Below, piece after piece: positions 7,971 to 16,105 of a stretch of DNA of 64,000 nt. The stretch covers positions 2,820 through 66,819 of the forward strand of contig JAUNGR010000002.1 of NCBI GenBank assembly GCA_030524485.1. The letters run 5' to 3'. The notes under the pieces were generated by a model. It did not search any database. It saw only the letters and a program-made list of their open reading frames with translations, and was not told where the DNA came from. The position numbers and the translations under genes were made by a program. The stretch comes from a bacterium. GTDB taxonomy: Bacteria; Bacillota; Clostridia; Lachnospirales; Lachnospiraceae. Position 1 is the stretch's first letter, and every line of letters starts with the position of its first letter.

Positions 7971-10151
7971 TTAGGATGGAGCCGTTGTTGTGATATAGCC
8001 ACTGCCCGAAGAACTGCCACCCGAAGAATTGGTTGAGCTTGATGGGTTTAAAGTCCCCGAGGTGGAAGTGGAGCTGCCAGCGGGGTCAACCAGAACGCCG
8101 GAGGAAGGGGAGGAGCTGCCCGAAGAGTTACTGCTGGATGACGAGCTGCTGGATGAGCTGGTCTTTCCTTTGCTTCCGGGAGCTGCCACAGGACCGGTGG
8201 ATTGGTTGGAGCCATTGGAGGAGCTATTGCCGGAACTTCCTGGAGCAGAGCTGGACCCTGAGTTGGAGTTGCCTGAAGCTCCTGGAACGGAACTGCTGCC
8301 GGAATTGGAATTGCTGGAGCCGTTCGGGGAAGCTGTTGTCCCACTCGTATTATTATTGGAAGTGCTGTTTTGAGAGCCACTTCCTGGAGAGAGAGGGGAG
8401 CTTCCGTTGTTGGTATTCGTGCTTGTATTATTGTTGGTGTTTGTGTTTGGGTTGCTGCCGTTGGAACTTCCCTGAAGAACGCCACTGCTGTTGAAGGTGT
8501 AGGTCACGCCGTTGATGCTGTAGCTGCCGCCAGCGAGCATCTTTCCGTAATCGCTTCCACTCGTCGGATTTAAGTAATAAGTTCCGTCAGATAGATTTAA
8601 CCAACCTGTCATCATATGGCCATTTGTATTAAAATAGTACCAACTGCCGTTAATTTGTCTCCAACCAACCGTCATATGTCCAGAAGAAGCCATGTAATAT
8701 TGATTGGTGCCATCACTGAGCCAACCAGTCAACATCTGTCCTATAGTATCACTGCGGGTATCCAGATAATAATAGGAATTGTCAATGAGTTGCCAACCGG
8801 TTCTCATCTTGCCGTCCGAACCCAGATAATACCATTTGTTGTTGATTTGTTTCCAACCTGTCTGCAGCACACCGTCGCTGTCCAGATAGTACCAAGCATT
8901 GTCTGTGCCGATTTGCTGCCAGCCAGTCAGCATCTTGCCGTCATTGGCCAGATAGTAGCGTTTGCCGTCTATGTCCGCAAAACCACCTCTCAACAGCAGT
9001 CCGCTCTCGTTAAAGTAATGCCACTTGCCCTCTATCGGATACCAACCACATACCATATCGCCATTGTTACGCAGATAATAGTAAGTGTCTCCGATGTTCA
9101 ACCAACCAGTAACCATCACACCGTTGGTGTACAGATAGTACCACTTGCCGCCGATTTGCTGCCAACCTGTGACCATCAGACCATCGTTGTTAAAATAGTA
9201 CCACTTGTCATCGATTTTTTGCCATCCAATGCCCATTTGGCCGGTGTCGCTGGTCAAATAGTAGTAATTTCCGGCTGTGGTCTTAAGCCAGCCTCGATAT
9301 TGGCTGCCATCGGTATCCATGTAGTACCAAGCATTGCCGTCATGAATCCAACCGGTTTGCTTTTGGTAATTTTTGTAGTAGTACCATTTGTCATTGATGT
9401 TGTGCCAAGTGTTGGCACGAATCAGGGAGGAAAAGTCTTTGAAAGAAAAGTCAATCGCAACGTTGCCGCTCAAGCCATTTATGCTGCCAGTGTTGGTTGC
9501 CTGCCACATAGCAGAACGACTGTAGGTGTATTTGGCATCGTAGCGAGCCACCCAGACATCGTAGCTTACCTTGGACATATTGATTTTGCTGTTGAGCCAG
9601 TAATCGTTGGCATATACCATAGGATAATATCCAGCATCGGCTATCTTTTTGCAGAAGGCATTGATGATGGAAGCAAGCTGGTCCTTGGAGAGGGAACTCA
9701 TCACGGAAGATTCCACATCAAAGACCACCGGATAGGAAATCGGATAATCCTTAATGACATCCAAGACAAAATCCGCCTCATCCTCCGCCATCTTGGTGGT
9801 GGTGGCATAGGAGTAGATGGAAGCTCCCACCTTAAGTCCAGCGGAGAAGGCGGCTGAAGCATTGGAAGCAAAATAAGGGTCCACATTGCCATCGTAGCGG
9901 GTTCCCAGAATAACGAATTGCACATCGTCAGCAGCTACCTGTGTCCAGTTAATGTTCTGTTGCCAGTGGGAGAGGTCAATGCCTCTTGCGAGTACGCCGG
10001 AGATGGTGCTGCCATCGCTGCTCACATAGGAACCATTTTGTTTTTCCCAAGCTGCCGCAAGGGAGGGAAAGGTAAAGGGCTGAGAAAGCACTGCAAAACT
10101 AAGAAGAAAGCTTATCCCCAAAACAGCCAGTCTTTTTTTTGAAAACGCCAT
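7971..10151 (-). CDS. Secreted GH25 muramidase with more than 10 cell-wall-binding (choline-binding-type) repeats and a Ser/Asn/Gly-rich C-terminal tail
   Basis: Signal peptide MAFSKKRLAVLGISFLLSFAVLS. GH25 motifs GIDLSHWQ and FVILGTRYDG. Reiterated GW..I..KWYYf..dG.M.tGW units. The last ~190 aa are almost only S/N/G/T/P. Confidence 0.9.
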   Translation of the reverse strand: MAFSKKRLAVLGISFLLSFAVLSQPFTFPSLAAAWEKQNGSYVSSDGSTISGVLARGIDLSHWQQNINWTQVAADDVQFVILGTRYDGNVDPYFASNASAAFSAGLKVGASIYSYATTTKMAEDEADFVLDVIKDYPISYPVVFDVESSVMSSLSKDQLASIINAFCKKIADAGYYPMVYANDYWLNSKINMSKVSYDVWVARYDAKYTYSRSAMWQATNTGSINGLSGNVAIDFSFKDFSSLIRANTWHNINDKWYYYKNYQKQTGWIHDGNAWYYMDTDGSQYRGWLKTTAGNYYYLTSDTGQMGIGWQKIDDKWYYFNNDGLMVTGWQQIGGKWYYLYTNGVMVTGWLNIGDTYYYLRNNGDMVCGWYPIEGKWHYFNESGLLLRGGFADIDGKRYYLANDGKMLTGWQQIGTDNAWYYLDSDGVLQTGWKQINNKWYYLGSDGKMRTGWQLIDNSYYYLDTRSDTIGQMLTGWLSDGTNQYYMASSGHMTVGWRQINGSWYYFNTNGHMMTGWLNLSDGTYYLNPTSGSDYGKMLAGGSYSINGVTYTFNSSGVLQGSSNGSNPNTNTNNNTSTNTNNGSSPLSPGSGSQNSTSNNNTSGTTASPNGSSNSNSGSSSVPGASGNSNSGSSSAPGSSGNSSSNGSNQSTGPVAAPGSKGKTSSSSSSSSSSNSSGSSSPSSGVLVDPAGSSTSTSGTLNPSSSTNSSGGSSSGSGYITTTAPS

Positions 10152-10172
10152 CGTATCTCCTCCTTATATTAA

Positions 10173-10202
10173 CAGAGGGCAATCGTGTCAGTTTGCCCTC
10201 TG
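10173..10202 (-). promoter_or_regulatory. 10-bp hairpin 10 nt upstream of the muramidase RBS
   Basis: CAGAGGGCAA (10173-10182) pairs with TTGCCCTCTG (10193-10202). No U-tract on the - strand, so its function is unknown. Confidence 0.4.
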
Positions 10203-10257
10203 AGGTCTATTCTGAAAATGTTGTTAAGCAACTGTGTAAACTGCGTACTTGCGGTGC

Positions 10258-10453
10258 GTTACTATTCACAGCCACTCCACACTCATGCGCACTCGTCGCC
10301 GCCTTGCGGCTCCAGTCTCGCTCCTTACGGAGCTAAGACTGCTTATGTGTGTGGAGTGACTGCTTCACAGTCCTACTTCAGAATTGCCGACATAGGCTTA
10401 CGTGCAAGCACGACACCTATGCCTGTAATTCTGAAGCGGCTGTGAATAGTAAC
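10258..10453. mobile_element. 196-bp MITE-like element
   Basis: Perfect 16-bp terminal inverted repeats: GTTACTATTCACAGCC (10258-10273) and GGCTGTGAATAGTAAC (10438-10453). They are flanked by the direct 8-mer TGCGGTGC (10250-10257 and 10454-10461). Two internal 10-bp helices: 10273-10282 with 10349-10358, and 10376-10385 with 10427-10436. No ORF. Confidence 0.6.
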
Positions 10454-10535
10454 TGCGGTGCAAGGCAAATCATGTCAGTTTGACAGATTAATTCAAGTAT
10501 AACATAAAAGAATAGAAAAAGAAGAGAAAATTTTC

Positions 10536-12332
10536 TTACGGAGTACTTAAGGTGTGTAGTTCGCAGAGCCTTCGATAGCTGGTTTTGGCATAACGATACA
10601 TTTTGATGGTGTAATCGCCAAATTCCTGTCCGACAGCACTCTTGTAAACGGCCCAAAGGCTCCAGAGAAAGCCGCCCAGAGCCGCATAAGCATACAGCAC
10701 ACAACTCTCCTCCAGATTGGGGTCACGCTGCAAATAGAGCTTTAGGAGGGCAAGCATTTCATCCTCTGTATAATAGGAATAGATGGAACACATAGCAATG
10801 TCAATCAGGGGGTCGCACATTCCAGCATATTCCCAGTCAATCAATTTTACCTCACCATTTGGCAGAAAGAGGAAATTGTCCACATTGGAATCGATGTGTG
10901 CGAGGGTTTGCGGGCGGTCTCGCTGTTCCAAAAAATCCAAGAGGGTGTTCATGTGACTGCGTACTTCCTCATAGTCCTCAAAGAGCAGACAGTTGTGTTG
11001 GCGGCAGAGATCTTCGTAAAATTGAATTCGATTGCGGAGGTCAAAACGGTGAGCTACCTGAATCGGAGCGTTATGAATGGTTCTGAGAAGAGCCATGCAC
11101 TTACTCAAATCCTCTGTATTATGGGGAAGGGCATTGCGGGAACCTTCATAATAAACAGAGATTTTGTAGCCGGTCTCTGAATCAAAGTAAATGAGGTGCT
11201 CAGTGATTCCTAAGGGGGTGACAGCCTCATAGACCGCTTTTTCCTCCTTGCGGTTTACCAAAGCGGCGGTTCCGCTTCCAGGAATCCGACAGATATAGTG
11301 CTTTCCCTGAATCTGAAACAGAAAGGACTGATTGGTCATGCCAGATTTTAGGCAGCGGATATCGGAAATTTCGGATTCTGGGAGCTGAAAGACCTTAGAA
11401 ATCAGCTGCAAGGCGGTGTTATCGGAGTGATTCTGATATTTGGAATCAAAACGGCGTAGTTCTTCCAAATTTTCAAACTCATACACCTGTGTGTCCGGCT
11501 GCCGGTTGATTTGCATGTTGATTTTCTTCTGTTTTATCATATCCATCAAAACTTGTTCCCAATAAAATTGCTCGGTTCCAGGCCGATGGTAGTAGCGTTC
11601 CAACTCTGGAAGGAAAACCTCAGAGAATTCTCTGGAAAAATAAACCGGTCCATACATCACCCAAGAATCGTTGCCGCCGATTTGCACGTCTGTAATCTGT
11701 TCTTTCTTATTAAAAGTTAGGCACCACTCGGAAGTGGGGCCAGATTGGTAGACGGAGGAGTACCAAGCCTCTGGCTCGTGGGAGTGATACATATTATCTC
11801 GCATCCAATTATCCGAGGAGAGTACATACATATTTTTTCCTCGCAGAATTTCCCTCGCATGGTAGAGAGTGGCGAGGGTGTTTTTGCAGGTGTATTCCGG
11901 ATTGTAGAGGAGAGAAACCTGATATTTATCAATCAGATACTCAAATTTTTCCTTCAGATAGCCCACCACGATGGTGATGTTTCGGATGCCATTTGCATGA
12001 AGCTGCTTGATTTGCCGCTCCACCATGCGTTCTCCAAACACTTCCAGAAGCCCTTTTGGAGTCTCGAAGGTGAGAGGGACAAAGCGGGAACCAAAACCAG
12101 CGGCGATAATCAAAGCTCCATCCACCTGACAGGCCTGCAGCAGCTCCTCGCCTTTGGGAAGAAGACGGCGTTGCACACCGAAGGAGGAAGGTGTGATGAG
12201 AAGTTGCTCCTCACATTCGTGGATGAGACGATTGGCTGTGCCGAGGGAACTGTGGATTTCTTGAGCGATTTCACGCTGGGTACTTTCGGGCTTCTCAAAA
12301 ATACAGCGGCAGATGTTAGCGTAATAATTCAT
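10536..12332 (-). CDS. Three-domain fusion: N-terminal wHTH-like segment, LicC-type nucleotidyltransferase and LicA-type choline kinase
   Basis: LIIAAGFGSRFVPLT..PKGLL (NTP-transferase G-loop). HIDSNVDNFLF...LIDWEYAGMCDP (choline/APH kinase catalytic motifs). The first ~60 aa look like a DNA-binding wHTH (STQREIAQEIHSSLGTANRLI). Confidence 0.8.
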   Translation of the reverse strand: MNYYANICRCIFEKPESTQREIAQEIHSSLGTANRLIHECEEQLLITPSSFGVQRRLLPKGEELLQACQVDGALIIAAGFGSRFVPLTFETPKGLLEVFGERMVERQIKQLHANGIRNITIVVGYLKEKFEYLIDKYQVSLLYNPEYTCKNTLATLYHAREILRGKNMYVLSSDNWMRDNMYHSHEPEAWYSSVYQSGPTSEWCLTFNKKEQITDVQIGGNDSWVMYGPVYFSREFSEVFLPELERYYHRPGTEQFYWEQVLMDMIKQKKINMQINRQPDTQVYEFENLEELRRFDSKYQNHSDNTALQLISKVFQLPESEISDIRCLKSGMTNQSFLFQIQGKHYICRIPGSGTAALVNRKEEKAVYEAVTPLGITEHLIYFDSETGYKISVYYEGSRNALPHNTEDLSKCMALLRTIHNAPIQVAHRFDLRNRIQFYEDLCRQHNCLLFEDYEEVRSHMNTLLDFLEQRDRPQTLAHIDSNVDNFLFLPNGEVKLIDWEYAGMCDPLIDIAMCSIYSYYTEDEMLALLKLYLQRDPNLEESCVLYAYAALGGFLWSLWAVYKSAVGQEFGDYTIKMYRYAKTSYRRLCELHTLSTP

Positions 12333-12437
12333 AAAATAATCTCCTTTTGCTCGTCGTGAGCGTGTTCATGCTCCCCTTTGGGAGCGGAAAGTCGATAGGT
12401 CGTGTTCAAAAATATTAAAACGCAAAAAGTTATGAAC

Positions 12438-12466
12438 ATTATACCTTTTTTAGGAAAAAAACACAA
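12438..12466 (-). promoter_or_regulatory. Candidate sigma-A promoter for the LicC/LicA fusion gene
   Basis: On the - strand: TTGTGT, 17 nt, TATAAT. About 100 nt upstream of the ATG. Confidence 0.4.
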
Positions 12467-12670
12467 GGATTGTACGGATAAAAATACAATTTTGGGAAAA
12501 TTAAGAATTTTTGTAATAATTCCGTAAGAAAATGAACAGGGAAATGTTATGGTATTTTGCCTCAAAATGTACTATACTGTCACTGTACCGAAGAAAAGGA
12601 TACTTCTTTAGAGAAATTAAGAAATACTTATGAATTTTTCATGAAAACGAAAAAAATATGAAAAAAGGTA

Positions 12671-12699
12671 TTGATAATTTCTTTTATAGGAAGTATAAT
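12671..12699 (+). promoter_or_regulatory. Promoter of cell-wall-binding paralog A
   Basis: TTGATA, 17 nt, TATAAT. The following ~70-nt leader and the signal peptide are conserved in all three paralogs. Confidence 0.6.
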
Positions 12700-12769
12700 T
12701 GACTTCGTAATGCAGTATTTAGGAATTTCAAAGAGATTTCGAGAAGAAAAAAAGGAGAGTGCATTTATT

Positions 12770-14230
12770 ATGAGAAAGCAGACTAAATTAGTTGCAGTTC
12801 TTTCTGCAGCAGCTCTGTTGGCTATCGGCGCATCCATGACTTCTTTCGCAGCTACAGGCTGGGTAAACGAGAATGGTACGTTCTATTATTATGATGGCGA
12901 CGGTGAGATGGTAACAAATGAGTGGAAGAAAGATGGTAATTCCTACTTCTACTTAGGCGATGAGGGCGAGATGGTAACTAGCTCTTGGGTAGAGGATGAT
13001 TACTATGTAGGACCGAACGGTGCTATGGTAACCAACGCTTGGGTTAAGACTATGTTAGACGATTCTGACGATTCTGATCCAGAAGAGGATGGCGAGGCTT
13101 GGTTCTACTTCAATAACAAAGGTAAGAAAGTTACCGGCAAAGAGATGAAGATCAACGGTAAGTACTATCGTTTCGATGATGACGGCAAGATGTTAGATGG
13201 CTGGCAGGAGATCGATGACAAGGTATATTACTACGGTGACGAGGATGACGGTGCTAGAAAGTCTGGCTGGCTGTGGTTAGAGACCGCTACAGACGAGGGC
13301 GACGTTGATGAGGAGATCGGTGAGGATTACGATACCGAGGCTTGGTACTACTTCGAGTCCAATGGTGCTCGTGTAGAGGACAAAGAGAAGAAGATCAACG
13401 GCAAGACCTACGCATTCAACGAGTATGGCCAGATGAGCTACGGCTGGGTTCGTACAGCTGACTGGACAAATGACAGCATTGATGATGCTTCCGCTTCTGA
13501 TGCTAAGGCTATCACAGATGTGAAGTACTTCTTCAATCAGTCCAACGGTGCTCGTGTAACTGGTTTCGTTAAGGTTGAGGGACCGAACGCAACTGGCAAG
13601 CAGGATGATACCAACTGGTACTACCTGAAAGATGGTAAGGCTAAATACGCTTCTACTTCTGATGCAACAGCTGTTGATTACAAGGGTGTAGTTGGTCAGA
13701 CAGAGAAAGAGGATGACTCTACATATGAGAAGACAGTTGTTAAACTGAAACTGGAAGGCAAGTACTTCGCATTCGATGAGTTAGGTCGTATGAAGACTGG
13801 CAAGCAGGCTATCAAAGATGGCGATGACTATGCTGTATACTACTTCGATGACAATGGTTATATGAAGACCGGTAAGGTTAGCGGCGTAGAGGATGGCGAT
13901 GACGAGTCTACATACTACTTCAACACCAACAACGCTGGCAAGGGTAAGGGCGTTACTGGCGAGAAGGACGGCTATCTGTACTACAAGGGTAGAAGACAGG
14001 ATGCTTCCGATGACTACCGTTATGTAGTAGTTGATGGCAAGGCTTACATCGTAAATACAAAGGGTAAGATCCAGAAGTCTACTTCCAAGAAGTACACAAT
14101 CGAGAATGTTGAGGGTATCGATCATGCAGTAATCGATAAGAATGGCAACATCTCCTTCCAGGATGAGGACAACAAGACTGTTACTCCAACATTAAGCGAT
14201 GTTGCAGCTGATGCTCCATACTTTGACTAA
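12770..14230 (+). CDS. Acidic secreted cell-wall-binding-repeat protein, paralog A
   Basis: RBS AAAGGAGAG. Signal peptide MRKQTKLVAVLSAAALLAIGASMTSFA. Repeats of the type GW..e.g.wYYfd.dGkM. Very Asp/Glu-rich. Confidence 0.85.
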   Translation: MRKQTKLVAVLSAAALLAIGASMTSFAATGWVNENGTFYYYDGDGEMVTNEWKKDGNSYFYLGDEGEMVTSSWVEDDYYVGPNGAMVTNAWVKTMLDDSDDSDPEEDGEAWFYFNNKGKKVTGKEMKINGKYYRFDDDGKMLDGWQEIDDKVYYYGDEDDGARKSGWLWLETATDEGDVDEEIGEDYDTEAWYYFESNGARVEDKEKKINGKTYAFNEYGQMSYGWVRTADWTNDSIDDASASDAKAITDVKYFFNQSNGARVTGFVKVEGPNATGKQDDTNWYYLKDGKAKYASTSDATAVDYKGVVGQTEKEDDSTYEKTVVKLKLEGKYFAFDELGRMKTGKQAIKDGDDYAVYYFDDNGYMKTGKVSGVEDGDDESTYYFNTNNAGKGKGVTGEKDGYLYYKGRRQDASDDYRYVVVDGKAYIVNTKGKIQKSTSKKYTIENVEGIDHAVIDKNGNISFQDEDNKTVTPTLSDVAADAPYFD

Positions 14231-14275
14231 TTCGTAAGACCAGAGTTTTTGAATAAAAAATTCTAATTGTTAATA

Positions 14276-14311
14276 AAGCCCCCTACAGGCAGAAATGTCT
14301 GTAGGGGGCTT
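14276..14311. terminator. 13-bp hairpin after paralog A
   Basis: AAGCCCCCTACAG / CTGTAGGGGGCTT. Confidence 0.6.
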
Positions 14312-14408
14312 GTTCGTTCAGCAAGAATAAGATTAAATTTTGTAATACAGTATTTAACCTTACTTTCTAACGATTGAAATCTGAAATAACCCTCATTTTA
14401 GGGTTTGA

Positions 14409-15893
14409 TTACGGTTCAAAGTAAGGAATCTGAGTCTCAACGGTTCCCAGATAATCCTCTACGGAAGTACCGCTTGTAACGATGGAGTTCTTATCATCGT
14501 CATACACACCGGTTACAATACCGTTGCTGTTTACACGCACATAAGTACCTGCAAAGCCTTCATTCTCGATATCGGTGTAGTACTTTGTGGAAGATTTCTG
14601 GATTTTGCCCTTCTCATTTACTAAGTAATTATTTCCCTTTACCGAAACGATTACATAGTCATCATCCGCTTCCTGTCTCTTACCTTTATAGTACAGATAA
14701 CCATCCTTCTCACCTGTCCAACCTTTGCCCTGTCCACCGTTGTTGGTGTTGAAGTAGTATGTATAGGTATCGTCATCATCCTCTTCTACGCTGTTGATCT
14801 TACCGGTCTTCATATAGCCGTCGCTATCAAAGTAGTAAACCTCATATCCGCCATCTGCGTTATCGTCTCTAATCGCTTGGATACCAGTCTTCATCTTACC
14901 ATTCTGGTCAAATGCAAAGTACTTGCCTTCCAGTTTGATTTTTGCGATTCTTCTGGTGAAGGTGGAATCTGTGCTTCCCTGCAGCGGGATTGCAACGGAA
15001 TCGGAAGCGGTTGCGTGCTCAGCCTCGCCGTCATCGAAGTAATACCAGTTGTTGTTGGAATCTTGACCAAGATACTCACTTCCGTCAATCTTAATAAAGC
15101 CATTTACACGAGCACCATTGTCCTCACCAAACATATACCACAGATCATCGATGGAAGCATCAGAGGAAGTTGCCTGACCATTGTCCTTGCTCCAACCGTC
15201 TTTGATTACCCAACCGTACTGCATCTGGCCGTGGTCATTGAATGCATACCACTTACCGTTGATTTTCTTCTTGTTGCCCTCAACACGAACGCCCTTACTG
15301 TCGAAATAATACCAAGCCTCTGTATCGTAGTTATCATCGTCGTCGATATCAACGTCTACACCATCATCATCGGTGTCTGCTTCCAGATATAACCAACCAG
15401 TCTTTCTAGCACCGTCATCCTCATCACCATAATAGTAAACGTCCTCTCCGTCCTCGTACCAGCCGTCAACCATCTTGCCGTCATCGTCGAAACGATAGTA
15501 CTTACCGTTGATCTTTTTCTCATCGCCAGTAACTTTCTTACCCTTGTTGTTGAAGTAGTACCAGCCTTCACCATCATCCTCTGGATCGGTATCATCGGAA
15601 TCGTCTGCCAGAGTCTTAACCCAAGCGTTGGTTACCATAGCACCGTTCGGTCCTACATAGTAGTCATCCTCAACCCAAGAGCTTGTTACCATGGCACCGT
15701 CATCGCCTAAGTAGAAGTAGGAATTGCCATCTTTCTTCCACTCATTTGTTACCATGTCGCCGTCGCTATCATAATAATAGAAGGTTCCATTCTCGTTTAC
15801 CCAGCCTGTCACTGCGAAAGAAGTCATGGAAGCACCGATAGCCAACAGAGCTGTTGCAGAAAGAACTGCAACTAATTTAGTCTGCTTTCTCAT
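14409..15893 (-). CDS. Acidic secreted cell-wall-binding-repeat protein, paralog B (more divergent)
   Basis: Same leader, RBS and signal peptide (MRKQTKLVAVLSATALLAIGASMTSFA). By eye about 60% identical to A and C. Confidence 0.85.
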   Translation of the reverse strand: MRKQTKLVAVLSATALLAIGASMTSFAVTGWVNENGTFYYYDSDGDMVTNEWKKDGNSYFYLGDDGAMVTSSWVEDDYYVGPNGAMVTNAWVKTLADDSDDTDPEDDGEGWYYFNNKGKKVTGDEKKINGKYYRFDDDGKMVDGWYEDGEDVYYYGDEDDGARKTGWLYLEADTDDDGVDVDIDDDDNYDTEAWYYFDSKGVRVEGNKKKINGKWYAFNDHGQMQYGWVIKDGWSKDNGQATSSDASIDDLWYMFGEDNGARVNGFIKIDGSEYLGQDSNNNWYYFDDGEAEHATASDSVAIPLQGSTDSTFTRRIAKIKLEGKYFAFDQNGKMKTGIQAIRDDNADGGYEVYYFDSDGYMKTGKINSVEEDDDDTYTYYFNTNNGGQGKGWTGEKDGYLYYKGKRQEADDDYVIVSVKGNNYLVNEKGKIQKSSTKYYTDIENEGFAGTYVRVNSNGIVTGVYDDDKNSIVTSGTSVEDYLGTVETQIPYFEP

Positions 15894-15962
15894 AATAAAT
15901 GCACTCTCCTTTTTTTCTTCTCGAAATCTCTTTGAATTTCCTAAATACTGCATTACGAAGTC

Positions 15963-15989
15963 ATTATACTTCCTAAAAAAAATTATAAA
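15963..15989 (-). promoter_or_regulatory. Promoter of paralog B with a T8 tract and only a 15-nt spacer
   Basis: On the - strand: TTTATA, A-TTTTTTTT-AGGAAG, TATAAT. Paralogs A and C carry a 17-nt spacer at the homologous position. Confidence 0.5.
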
Positions 15990-16105
15990 AAACAGACAAA
16001 TGCTTTCTAAAAATAAGGGATTGATGTTTGTAATCACATAATATATAATAAAAGTGTGATAAAAATCACACAAATATGTATTTTTTTGTGAGAGGAGATG
16101 GACTT

